Of a stretch of DNA of 46,313 bases, positions 24,401 to 32,819 are shown in pieces. The stretch covers positions 1-46,313 of the forward strand of contig CAZWBO010000002.1 of the NCBI GenBank assembly GCA_964632375.1. The letters are read 5' to 3'. Position 1 is the stretch's first letter. Each line of letters begins with the position of its first letter. This DNA is from an uncultured Candidatus Peribacteria bacterium. GTDB lineage: Bacteria; Patescibacteriota; Gracilibacteria; Peribacterales; Peribacteraceae. Below the pieces are notes generated by a model, which saw only the letters and a list, made by a program, of their open reading frames with translations, ran no database searches and had not been told where the DNA came from. The position numbers and the translations under genes are program-made.

Positions 24401-26305
24401 ATGAACGAGACGATCTCCTCTCCGCTGGCTGTCATCCTCCAAGAACTCCGCCTGCGGAAGGTGGCGACTCCGCGGGTGGAAGCGGCGTTTCGCCTGGCGA
24501 TGGATTTCTGCGTCGACACGATGCACTGGGTGGGGATCTCCACTGCAGATCACGTGGAGAGAGTGCTGCGAACGCTGCTCGCATTCGAGCCGGACGAAGA
24601 TGCGCTCATCGCCTGCGTGCTGCACCATACGCTGGACAGCAAGCGCGTGACGCTCATGGACATCGAGGAGCAGTATGGCCACACCGTGCGGTCGCTCGTG
24701 AGCGGGGTGCATCTCTTATCGCAGGTGCAGCTGCAGACGAGCCGCCATTCCGTGCAGCATCTGCGCATGATGCTCTTGAGCGTGACGGACGACGTGCGCG
24801 TGCTGCTCATCATCCTGTGCGATCGTGCTTCGCTCCTCGAGGAACTGCCGCGCGCGTCGGACGAGGATCGAAAATGGATCTGTCAGAATGTCTTGCACCT
24901 GTTCGCGCCCGTCGCTTCCCGGCTCGGCATCCACACACTCAAGCAGCGCATGGAGAATTCGGCATTCCCCATTCTGTATCCCAACGACAGCGCGCTCATT
25001 CAGACACAGCTGGAACACGTGCATACGCGGTACGCGAACTTCCTGCCAGAGGTGTCGGCGCAGCTGCGCAATGCCTTGGCGGATCAGGGGATTGCGGCTG
25101 CGGTTGATGGGCGCGAGAAAAACCCGTACAGCATCTTCGTGAAGATGCGGAACAAAAGCGTCTCCGACATCGAGCGGCTGCACGATCTGTTTGCGCTGCG
25201 GATCATCGTCGAGACGGAGGAAAACTGTTACCGGGCGCTCGGCGTGGTGCATCAGTTGGGAAGACCTGCTGCCAATCGGTTCAAAGATTACATCGCCTTC
25301 CCCAAGCCGAACGGTTACCGCAGCCTCCATACGACCATGGCGCGGTTCCCGGGCGTGCCGGAAGGGATTTTCACGGAAGTCCAGATCCGCACGGAAGCCA
25401 TGCACCGCGAGGCGGAATTCGGCATCGCCGCGCACTGGCACTACAAGGAACGCGGGTCGGCCGTGCGCGTGGTCGACAGCGTGCAGCTGCAGGAGGTTCT
25501 CTCTAAGCAGCACGATTTCGGGCAGGAGGAAGATACCGCCGGCATCATCAGCGATCACATTTACGTCCTCACCCCGTCGGGCGACATCGTCGAATTGCCG
25601 GAGGGGGCCACGCCGCTCGATTTTGCCTTCCAGATCCACACCGACCTTGGATTGTCGTTCAAGTCTGCGCGCGTGAACGGCAGCATTGTGCCGCTCACGT
25701 ACGAGCTCGAGAACGGCGATGTGGTCGAGATCGTGCGCAACCGCACGCCCCAGCCGTCGCCGGAATGGCTCAAGCTCGTGAAGATGGCCTCGTCGCGCAC
25801 GCGGCTCAAGCACTACCTGCACTCGCTCAATCGCGGGGAGTACGTCGCGCGCGGGCGCATGCTCCTCAACGAGGAATTCCAGAAGCTGCACCACGTACCT
25901 CTCGATACCGATCTCACGGCCCTGCGTCTGTACGAGGGCACCGTGCTCTCGGTGCACGAGCGTGAAGATCTCCTCATGAAAATCGGCCAGGGGTCGGAGC
26001 GTTCCTCTGCGGTGCTTCCGCATCTCGATGCGCTCCGTCCACTGCTTCAGCAGCGCGAGAAGCAGAAGAAAGTGAAGGCGCATCCCTCGGCGTTGGGTTT
26101 GGTGATCGACGGGGGACTGCCCATGCCCGTCCGCTTCGCCAAGTGCTGTAAGCCCGACGAGCTGCGCGAGGGCGGCATCGTCGGTATCGTCACGCGAAAC
26201 GGCCGCATCACCGTGCACCGGGAAGGATGCAGGATGATCCGCTTGGCGAACACGGAAAGGAAGGTGGGAATGCGGTGGGAGGAAAAGAGGGAGAATGAAT
26301 CTTGA
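24401..26305 (+). CDS. relA: RelA/SpoT-family (p)ppGpp synthetase, hydrolase motif degenerate
   Basis: 634 aa. The synthetase core is GREKNPYSIFVKM...FALRIIV...RFKDYIAFPKPNGYRSLHT...EVQIRTEAMH. The TGS domain (YVLTPSGDIVELPEGATPLDFAFQIH) and a C-terminal ACT-like domain are present. The HD-region motif reads LHH...DSK instead of LHD...EDT. Confidence 0.92.
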   Translation: MNETISSPLAVILQELRLRKVATPRVEAAFRLAMDFCVDTMHWVGISTADHVERVLRTLLAFEPDEDALIACVLHHTLDSKRVTLMDIEEQYGHTVRSLVSGVHLLSQVQLQTSRHSVQHLRMMLLSVTDDVRVLLIILCDRASLLEELPRASDEDRKWICQNVLHLFAPVASRLGIHTLKQRMENSAFPILYPNDSALIQTQLEHVHTRYANFLPEVSAQLRNALADQGIAAAVDGREKNPYSIFVKMRNKSVSDIERLHDLFALRIIVETEENCYRALGVVHQLGRPAANRFKDYIAFPKPNGYRSLHTTMARFPGVPEGIFTEVQIRTEAMHREAEFGIAAHWHYKERGSAVRVVDSVQLQEVLSKQHDFGQEEDTAGIISDHIYVLTPSGDIVELPEGATPLDFAFQIHTDLGLSFKSARVNGSIVPLTYELENGDVVEIVRNRTPQPSPEWLKLVKMASSRTRLKHYLHSLNRGEYVARGRMLLNEEFQKLHHVPLDTDLTALRLYEGTVLSVHEREDLLMKIGQGSERSSAVLPHLDALRPLLQQREKQKKVKAHPSALGLVIDGGLPMPVRFAKCCKPDELREGGIVGIVTRNGRITVHREGCRMIRLANTERKVGMRWEEKRENES

Positions 26306-26460
26306 GTTTTGAAGAGCGATAAGCGGATAGCGGATAGCGGTAAGCATATCGCTGAGGGTTGCTTCAAGCGTGAGTGCCATCTCTCATTTGCATTCTTGCA
26401 GTCTTGCAATCTTTCGTCACCGGCTATTCAAGACTCAAGATTCAAAACTCAAGACTCAGC
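26297..26460. repeat. ~165-nt composite dispersed repeat, copy 2
   Basis: Same modular layout and core (GCTGAGGGTTGCTTCAAGCGTGAGTGCCATCTCTCATTTGCA) as 22050-22215. The left end overlaps the last relA codons, and the right end abuts the tig stop. Confidence 0.85.
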
Positions 26461-26462
26461 CC

Positions 26463-27737
26463 TCATCCCAGCATTTCCACTACGAACTTCTCCACTTTCC
26501 TGCGCCAGCGCAGCTGCTCAAACTGCTCGGTGCCGGGGACGAAGCGGGGCATCTGCGCGCGCTCTTCGGGTGAGGCCGACGCTTGGGTGTCGGCGACGAG
26601 CTTCTCGATCTCCTCGTCCGTCACCTCGATGTTCTTCTGCTTGAGTGCTTCCTCGAGCCCGAACCGCAGCGTGAGGCGTTTGACGGCCTGTTCGCGCATC
26701 TCCTTCTGGAGCGATGCCTCGTCGCGTTGGGTCTGCTGTATCCAGTCTTCGATGGTCGCATTCTGCTGTTGCAAGCGGTCGCGCAGGTCGAGCAGGATGG
26801 CGCGCGCCTCCTGCTCCACGAGCTCGTCGGCGAGTTCCACCTTCGTGGCGTTCACGAGCGCGTCGAAGAGTTCCTCTTCGCGCTTCTGGCTCAACAATCC
26901 CTGCTCTTGCTCCTTCATCGAATCCTCTAACCTTTTGCGCACGTCGGCGGCGGAATCGGCCTGCAAGTTCTGCTTGGCGAACTCGTCCGTCAGTTCCGGC
27001 TTTCTCACTTCCTCCACTTTTACAACCTTCACGTTGAACGTGGCGGGCTTCCCGCGCAGGTGCTCGGCATGGTACTTCTCGGGGAAGGTGATCGAAAAAC
27101 TCTTCTCCTGCCCTTTGCTCAGTCCCTTCAGTTCATCCTCGAAGCCGGGGATCAGCGTCTTGCTGCCGATGACGGCCTGGTAGCCGCTCGAGCGCGTGCC
27201 GGGGATTTCGTTCTTCTGCTCGTCGACACCCACGAAATCCATCGTCACCTGATCGCCCTCGGCGGCGGCGCGATCCACTTCGGTGAGCGTCTTGTGTTGG
27301 TCGAGCACGTAGTCGACCATGCGCTGCACATCTTTCTCGTCCACTTTCGTGTCCTTCTTCTCAATCTTGATGCGATCCAAATTTTTGAGTGTCACCGCGG
27401 GTTTCTCGGCAAACGTCACCTTCACCGTGATCGGCTGCAGGCTCTCGATCTCCACGATCGGCGCGATGATGGGCTTCAGCTGATGCTCCTGCGCCAGCTT
27501 GCCGATCCATTCCGGCAGCAGCAGGCGGACGGTTTCGTCCATCACCGCTTCGTCCTTCAGACGCTCGCGGATCGTCGCAACGGGCGCTTTCCCGGGCCGA
27601 AAACCCGGTACGGACACGTTCTGGCCCATTCGTCGCACGGCGGCTTCCTCGGCTGCGGCGCTCTCCTCCGCGGTGAACGTCAGCCCGAACTGCGTTTTAC
27701 TCTGGGGAAGTTTCTTTGGGTCGGAGATCGTTGGCAT
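26463..27737 (-). CDS. tig: trigger factor
   Basis: 424 aa with the N-terminal ribosome-binding domain motif VPGFRPGKAP, an FKBP-like middle domain and a C-terminal domain. Confidence 0.93.
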   Translation of the reverse strand: MPTISDPKKLPQSKTQFGLTFTAEESAAAEEAAVRRMGQNVSVPGFRPGKAPVATIRERLKDEAVMDETVRLLLPEWIGKLAQEHQLKPIIAPIVEIESLQPITVKVTFAEKPAVTLKNLDRIKIEKKDTKVDEKDVQRMVDYVLDQHKTLTEVDRAAAEGDQVTMDFVGVDEQKNEIPGTRSSGYQAVIGSKTLIPGFEDELKGLSKGQEKSFSITFPEKYHAEHLRGKPATFNVKVVKVEEVRKPELTDEFAKQNLQADSAADVRKRLEDSMKEQEQGLLSQKREEELFDALVNATKVELADELVEQEARAILLDLRDRLQQQNATIEDWIQQTQRDEASLQKEMREQAVKRLTLRFGLEEALKQKNIEVTDEEIEKLVADTQASASPEERAQMPRFVPGTEQFEQLRWRRKVEKFVVEMLG

Positions 27738-27740
27738 GGG

Positions 27741-27775
27741 GAGAATTGAGAATGGAAAATTGAAAATGGAGAATT
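27741..27775. repeat. AT-rich heptamer array, left inverted repeat of the four-helix-bundle cassette
   Basis: GAGAATTGAGAATGGAAAATTGAAAATGGAGAATT. The 16-nt block ATTGAGAATGGAAAAT is identical to the reverse complement of part of 28155-28185. Confidence 0.8.
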
Positions 27776-28127
27776 ACAAGGTGGAACGGGACGTTTTGAT
27801 GATCGCGGTCAGTATGTTGATGATAGCATGGAGATCAGTGCGTAAAGCATCTGTGCTGGCTTCCGCAGTGATTTGCGCGTCCTTGAGGAGACGAAGCCAG
27901 TAATCAGTTTCATGAGATTCTTTGAGGGCGATCGAAAGTTTGGAGATGAAATCCTTCTTACTTTGCGCCTGAAGAGCCTCTTCGACATTCGCTCCGATGC
28001 TTGTTCCCGACTTCAGAATCTGCTGACTCATGACAAACTCCTTTTCCTGAGCAAGTTTTTTAGCAAATTTCACGATGCTCAGAGCAAACGCGTACGTTTT
28101 TTCCTGAATGACGTTCGGCTTCTTCAT
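27774..28127 (-). CDS. four-helix-bundle protein (23S rRNA intervening-sequence protein family, Avd-like)
   Basis: 117 aa with the family pattern ...YAFALSIVKFAKKL...ILKSGTSIGANVEEA...KDFISKLSIALKESHETDYWLRLL. The gene is lower in GC. Confidence 0.85.
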   Translation of the reverse strand: MKKPNVIQEKTYAFALSIVKFAKKLAQEKEFVMSQQILKSGTSIGANVEEALQAQSKKDFISKLSIALKESHETDYWLRLLKDAQITAEASTDALRTDLHAIINILTAIIKTSRSTL

Positions 28128-28154
28128 CTGCTTTACTTATAATGCAAAATAAAA

Positions 28155-28185
28155 TCTTCAATTCTCCATTTTCCATTCTCAATTT
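28155..28185. repeat. AT-rich heptamer array, right inverted repeat of the four-helix-bundle cassette
   Basis: TCTTCAATTCTCCATTTTCCATTCTCAATTT is the reverse complement of AAATTGAGAATGGAAAATGGAGAATTGAAGA. It abuts the secF stop. Confidence 0.8.
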
Positions 28186-29113
28186 ACTTCTTCTTCCTCC
28201 AGTACATCAGTATCGGCGTGGCCACGAAGAACGACGAGTACGTTCCGATGATGATGCCGAAGATGAGCGTGAGGATGAACCACTTCACGCTCTGGGGGCC
28301 GAAGAAGAGGAGCGAGAACAGCGTGAGGAGCGTGCAGAAAGTCGTGTTGAGCGTGCGGTTGAGCGTCTGGCGCAAGCTTGCCGCAGCGAGCGTCACGAAA
28401 TCTTGGTTGCTGCGTTCGACGGTGAGGTTGTGGCGGATACGGTCGAAGATGATGATCGTGTCGTTGACCGAGTAGCCGAGGATGGTGAGCAGCGCCGTCA
28501 TGAACAGCGTGTCGACTTGGAACGTGGTGTAGTGGCTGAGGATGGTGAAGATGCCCGACGTGATGAGCAGGTCGTGGAGCAAGGCCAGCACCGCGGCCAC
28601 GCCGAAGCGCATGGGGCTGTACTTGCGCGGTACGTTGCGGAACGCGAAAGCGATGTAGAGGATGATGGCGATGGAAGCGACGGCCAAGGCCATGAACGCG
28701 TGGTTCTTCAGCGTGGCGCCGACCGTGGGCCCGATGGTGGTGAACTGGCGCTCATCGAACTTGCCGAGTTGCTTCTGCAGATCCTGCGTGAACAGCACGT
28801 GCTGCTCGTTGGTGATGGGCGGCGTGCGGATGAAGTAGGTATCGGCCGTCGTCTTCGAGACTTGCGCGTGCGCAAGCGATTCCTTCAGTGCCTTCGCATC
28901 GGCTGTGTTGCCATGCGGCACAGGATCAAATCCCGTGATCGCTGTATCGAGGTCGGCTTTTACTTTGCCTTTTGGCAGCTGGATTTCCATCAGCGTTCCG
29001 CCTGTGAACTCCATGCTCATGCGGGGGCCGGGGTAGATCAGCAACACGGCGCTCGCGAGAAGGAGCACCGCAGAGACAAAGCCGAAGACACGCGTGAGGC
29101 GGATGTACGACAT
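28184..29113 (-). CDS. secF: protein translocase subunit SecF
   Basis: 309 aa with the SecF N-terminus (MEFTGGTLMEIQL) and a six-TM SecD/SecF C-terminal core (LTILGYSVNDTIIIFDRIR). Confidence 0.9.
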   Translation of the reverse strand: MSYIRLTRVFGFVSAVLLLASAVLLIYPGPRMSMEFTGGTLMEIQLPKGKVKADLDTAITGFDPVPHGNTADAKALKESLAHAQVSKTTADTYFIRTPPITNEQHVLFTQDLQKQLGKFDERQFTTIGPTVGATLKNHAFMALAVASIAIILYIAFAFRNVPRKYSPMRFGVAAVLALLHDLLITSGIFTILSHYTTFQVDTLFMTALLTILGYSVNDTIIIFDRIRHNLTVERSNQDFVTLAAASLRQTLNRTLNTTFCTLLTLFSLLFFGPQSVKWFILTLIFGIIIGTYSSFFVATPILMYWRKKK

Positions 29114-29145
29114 CGGGCCGAGAGCGTAGCGGGTTTTTTAGAGGA

Positions 29146-30645
29146 TCACAACCCGGTCTGCGCCCCTGTTCCTGCGGTGCGTTCGGCGGATGGGGCTTTC
29201 GCGATGGGCAGCGTTTCCGTGTGGAAGATGAGAACATTTCCTTCGCGCGCCACGGACCAACGCAGAGGGGCCGAGCCGTCGAACGCACGGGGCAGCAGTG
29301 TTTGCAGCAGGGTGGAGGAGAGCGGTGCGAGGGTTGATTGCAGCCACGTGGGGCTCGTCTGCCCCGCAGCGAACGTATTGCGGGGGAGTGTCCAATCAGA
29401 TTGCGGATCTCCATCGAGGAATCGTTCCAGGAACAATGCGTCATTCCCGAATAAAAAGTCGGCATCCCGCTGCGCGGTGATGAGTGAATGGCCCGTGGTG
29501 CCCCGTGTGACGAGAATCTCCCATGATCCGCGCTGCTCAGGTAACGGGTCTGATTCATTGGATCTGGCCGCGAGTCCGCGGAAGGAGAATCCCTGTTTAG
29601 CGTCAAAAGTCTTTTCGACCACTCGTGCTCCTCCCTGGCCTGCGCGCTCGCGATGCAAGCGTGTCATGATCGTTGTGAGTGACTCGGCGTTCGGTGCGGT
29701 GCCGCGAAGCACGAAGGCGCCGCCGGTAGCCGAACGCGGCCCGATGGCCAAGAGCATACCGTCTTCGAGGAGCGGCAGCAGGTCATAGGGAACGCTGATG
29801 TCGTTGCCGATGGATGCACGCACGAGGGTGGCGGCTCGCGCGTCGAGGATCATCTGCTCCTCCGGCGTCACACTTGCGCGCAGCGAACTCCAGAGCGGAC
29901 GCGGGCGGCCGACGTAGAGGATTTGCTCAGCGTTTGCTGGAATCGCGAGACTCGCATTCGGCGCGGAGAATATCGCTGCACGGGGGTTGTACGCCATCAG
30001 CGTCGGCGCGTCGGCGCGTACCGTGAGCCCCGCGTAGCGATCGATGCCGAGCAGTGCTGCGGATCGACGATCATTCGCCGAGAATGTCTGCGGCAGTCGC
30101 TGGGTGTCGATGAATGCCCATGGTTGCGTGGAGAGTTTCCCCTTGAGTGTCGCGTACGGTGCAAAGGCCGAAAGACGGTCCTTCGTGTCGGCGAGCAGAG
30201 CCGTGAGTTCCGGCTGCCCGGACGTGACGATGCCATCGCGCAGCGGCGTGCCGGCCTGGGGCGAGAGCGTGAGTGTCGCGTACTTCTGCAGGGGGAACAT
30301 CACCCAGCCGAGCGTGCCGGAGGGAAGCTGCACCAGTGCGACGTGAACCGGTTCCGTCGCGGCGGGCACCGTGTCGAGGACAGGGAAGAGGGAAGAGTAA
30401 CGATGCAGATCTGTACTCTCTCCTTGATGGAATACGGCCACGGTCGCTGCTTGCGGTAGGTACGTCGACGGAGCGAGCTGCCGGTCGGATAGTAGATAAA
30501 TACCAGTAAGCAGTGCGATGACGGCCAATGCACTGCCCGCGACGGCGAGCAGAATGGCACGGAAGCTGACGGGCAAGGTTTCGCTCATTTCGGCCATTGT
30601 AGCGAATGAATTCCATTTGTCCCGTCGACTCCAAAATGTATTCAT
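29146..30645 (-). CDS. hypothetical membrane-anchored protein
   Basis: 499 aa with a single N-terminal TM helix (ILLAVAGSALAVIALLTGIYLL) and a large extracytoplasmic domain. It is not SecD-like, because it has no C-terminal TM bundle. Confidence 0.6.
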   Translation of the reverse strand: MNTFWSRRDKWNSFATMAEMSETLPVSFRAILLAVAGSALAVIALLTGIYLLSDRQLAPSTYLPQAATVAVFHQGESTDLHRYSSLFPVLDTVPAATEPVHVALVQLPSGTLGWVMFPLQKYATLTLSPQAGTPLRDGIVTSGQPELTALLADTKDRLSAFAPYATLKGKLSTQPWAFIDTQRLPQTFSANDRRSAALLGIDRYAGLTVRADAPTLMAYNPRAAIFSAPNASLAIPANAEQILYVGRPRPLWSSLRASVTPEEQMILDARAATLVRASIGNDISVPYDLLPLLEDGMLLAIGPRSATGGAFVLRGTAPNAESLTTIMTRLHRERAGQGGARVVEKTFDAKQGFSFRGLAARSNESDPLPEQRGSWEILVTRGTTGHSLITAQRDADFLFGNDALFLERFLDGDPQSDWTLPRNTFAAGQTSPTWLQSTLAPLSSTLLQTLLPRAFDGSAPLRWSVAREGNVLIFHTETLPIAKAPSAERTAGTGAQTGL

Positions 30646-30699
30646 GACATAGTTTTATGCTTCGGCCATCGCTGTTAGTTGCGTGTTCGCTACACAGCG

Positions 30700-31290
30700 A
30701 TTACGATAACCTGATTTGTGAATGACACCCGCCACGGCCTACGGGCCCAGACAGTCTCACAAATGCACACCAACAGCCCACACAAACACAAACGCCCCGG
30801 GGCACATCCAACAACTCCTGATCCATCACATCACTGTCAGTAGAGAGAAGAGTGGCCGCATCGGTGGTTCGACACTATTCACCACCCGCGGCCCGTGCTC
30901 ACCTCTCGTTCCCTTTGGCCACCCCTCCTTGCATCCTTTGCAAACCCCTGAAGACGGAACGACACCGTGACTCCCTCAGGCGCCCTCTGTACACATCCGT
31001 GTACGTTGTGGCCACCCTCCTCTCTGCTCCGCAATACCGCACCGACGAATGCGAGCGAGCTCGATCGGTGTGTACCCCCTCCACTCCCCAGTGTCTCCCA
31101 AGAGAACTTTTCTCTTCGTGGCAGACCGGCCCGGGGACTTCGGTTGGTCCCGAGGAGAAACAAGAGACCAGAGCATTGCAGAGATCGAGGGCTCCTCCCC
31201 TCACTCGTTCTTCCGCCAACGATACAGCTCAGTGCCATTCCTCACGGAACGTCACCGATAGCCCCGGCGGGCAGACACCAAGACAAAAAA
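30700..31290. other. ~600-nt ORF-free, strand-asymmetric region (candidate large ncRNA, strand unresolved)
   Basis: There is no protein-like ORF in any frame. The plus strand is C/A-rich and G-poor (the minus strand is G/T-rich). Internal direct repeats are ACGGAACG(A/T)CACCG at 30954-30967 and 31244-31257, and TGGCCACCC(C)TCC at 30916-30928 and 31009-31020. Several local hairpins are present, for example GGGAC-ttcggttg-GTCCC near 31133-31150. Confidence 0.4.
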
Positions 31291-31315
31291 GGCCGCACTC
31301 GTTGTGGTCTTTTTT
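31285..31315. terminator. A-run/hairpin/T-run terminator
   Basis: AAAAAA-GGCCGCA-ctcgt-TGTGGTC-TTTTTT. The stem has two G-T wobbles on the plus strand, which become A-C mismatches on the minus strand, so it folds better as a plus-strand RNA. Confidence 0.5.
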
Positions 31316-31320
31316 GCTAT

Positions 31321-31365
31321 GAGTCTTGATGGGGAAGATTGCAATCTTGCAGTCTTGCATTCTTT
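31321..31365. repeat. CAAGACTG/TTGCAATC-family octamer array
   Basis: GAGTCTTGATGGGGAAGATTGCAATCTTGCAGTCTTGCATTC, abutting the stop of the TPR gene. Confidence 0.7.
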
Positions 31366-32678
31366 TATCTCATTGTCTCCACCTTCTCCCGCACCTTCTG
31401 CGCCGTCGGGTCCAACTGGAGCGCTTGCTGGTACGCGGCTGTTGCTTCGTCTTTGCGGTCGAGTGCTTCCAGGATCGTGCCGAGGAGTTCGAATGATTTT
31501 GCATCCTGCGGCCAGCGCTTGGTGGCTTTCTCGGCCGCGACGAGCGCGTCCTCCTTCCGTTGGAACCGGAGCGCCGCTGCCGTGAGCGCGGCTGTGTCGT
31601 TCAGCGTGGCGTCCTTCCGTTCGCTCAGCGCGACGTACTGGGACAGCGCGAGATCGATATTCTGCGCCTGCTCCGCCTGGTTCGCCAGAAAGGATCGTAC
31701 TTCCGTCTCGGGTTCGAATCCGTTACTGAGCGCGTACTGCGCGAAGGTGATGGCGTTCTGATGGTCGTTCGCGGCCGCGTAGGCGCGCGCGAGGTAGTAC
31801 TGCGTCTCGGGTTTTTCGGGGTCGAGCGTGTACGCTTTTTCCAGCGAGCGCAGCGCGAGGTCGTACCGCTCGGTAGTGAGCTCGCAAAACCCCTGCACGA
31901 TCCACGCGTCGCGGTAGTCGTCCTGCATGCGCGACACCTGCGCGAGCAGCGGGAGCGCGAGTTCGCACTGCTGCGTTTCGGCCAGCGCGCGCGCGAGGAG
32001 CGTGACGAGGTGAATGTCCGGGCTATCGGGGAACAGCGCGTACTCGTCGTACGCGCCCTGCAGCACTTTTGCGTACGATCGCAGGACAGGGTCCCAGCTG
32101 TTCATCACCTGCGTCAGCTCTTGCTTGGCGGCATCGTGGCTGCCCTGCACGATGCCGATGAGAGCGAGCGCGTAGTGCTTCTGGGGGGATTCCGGCGCGC
32201 CGCCGAGCAGCGTCTGAGCTTTCTGCAAGTCGCCTGCACGAATGTCGAGAATCGCTTCGAGGAGTAACACATCTTCCGGCTTCGCGCCGGCGTCTGTCAT
32301 ACGACGCATCGTGGTGCGCACGCCTTCTGCGTCGCGTCGCTGCAACTGCGCCTGCGCGAGTTTGCGGAGCGCGGGCAGGCCGCCGCCCCGCTTCACCGCT
32401 GTGCCGTACTGATCCTGCGCGGCTTTCCAATCGCCGTGCAGCGCGAGCAGATCGCCCTGCCGTAGCGCGACGAGTGCCTCGTCGCCCGCGTCGAGCGGCG
32501 TGTTGTCGAGCGGCGAGCTTACCGTAGGGGCTTGCGATCCGAACGCCTGCAGGCGTTTCTGCAACGCCAGTTCACTCTGCGTCATCTGCCACCACAAAAA
32601 TCCTACCAAACTGCCGGTGACGAGCAGGGCGGCAACGACCGGCAGCAGTATGCGGGCGGGAAGTTTCATCGGCGCCAA
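31365..32678 (-). CDS. TPR-repeat protein with N-terminal membrane anchor
   Basis: 437 aa with N-terminal TM helix ILLPVVAALLVTGSLVGFLWW, followed by repeated Ala/Leu/Tyr-rich 34-aa TPR-like units. Confidence 0.8.
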   Translation of the reverse strand: MAPMKLPARILLPVVAALLVTGSLVGFLWWQMTQSELALQKRLQAFGSQAPTVSSPLDNTPLDAGDEALVALRQGDLLALHGDWKAAQDQYGTAVKRGGGLPALRKLAQAQLQRRDAEGVRTTMRRMTDAGAKPEDVLLLEAILDIRAGDLQKAQTLLGGAPESPQKHYALALIGIVQGSHDAAKQELTQVMNSWDPVLRSYAKVLQGAYDEYALFPDSPDIHLVTLLARALAETQQCELALPLLAQVSRMQDDYRDAWIVQGFCELTTERYDLALRSLEKAYTLDPEKPETQYYLARAYAAANDHQNAITFAQYALSNGFEPETEVRSFLANQAEQAQNIDLALSQYVALSERKDATLNDTAALTAAALRFQRKEDALVAAEKATKRWPQDAKSFELLGTILEALDRKDEATAAYQQALQLDPTAQKVREKVETMR

Positions 32679-32819
32679 GAGTACAGGGTTGGGCGAAAGG
32701 GGGCTACTGGAGAAGTTGGGGGACAGGGGAGGATTCCATCATCAAGTAAGCGAAGAGCGAATAGCGGTTCGCTGCAAGCAAGAACGGAGATGCTCCCCGC
32801 TTACCGCTCGTTTTCTCCC

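Noticed and set aside
24716-26380. 554-aa minus-strand ORF covering relA.
   Set aside because: It lies opposite a gene with complete RelA/SpoT motifs. Its Arg/His/Leu-rich translation is typical of GC-rich antisense frames, and its N-terminus is encoded by the dispersed repeat.
27774-28127. The four-helix-bundle gene as the Avd component of a diversity-generating retroelement.
   Set aside because: There is no reverse transcriptase gene and no template/variable repeat pair with A-specific mismatches anywhere in the window. It is kept only as an IR-flanked cassette observation.
28142-29788. 548-aa plus-strand ORF opposite secF and the 499-aa gene.
   Set aside because: It is an antisense shadow of the clearly recognisable SecF, and its translation is highly charged and low in complexity.
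30700-31290. Calling the ORF-free region RNase P RNA or tmRNA.
   Set aside because: Only loose matches are present on the minus strand (GAAGTCCCCGGGC, GGTGCGGTA, GGCCAAAGGG, CCCCGGGGCGTTT). The universal GGAAAGUCC and ACAGAA..GGCUUA motifs are not intact. A competing local hairpin (GGGAC/GTCCC) uses the putative P4 strand. There is no tRNA-like 3' end or tag ORF to support tmRNA. A covariance-model search is needed before any call.
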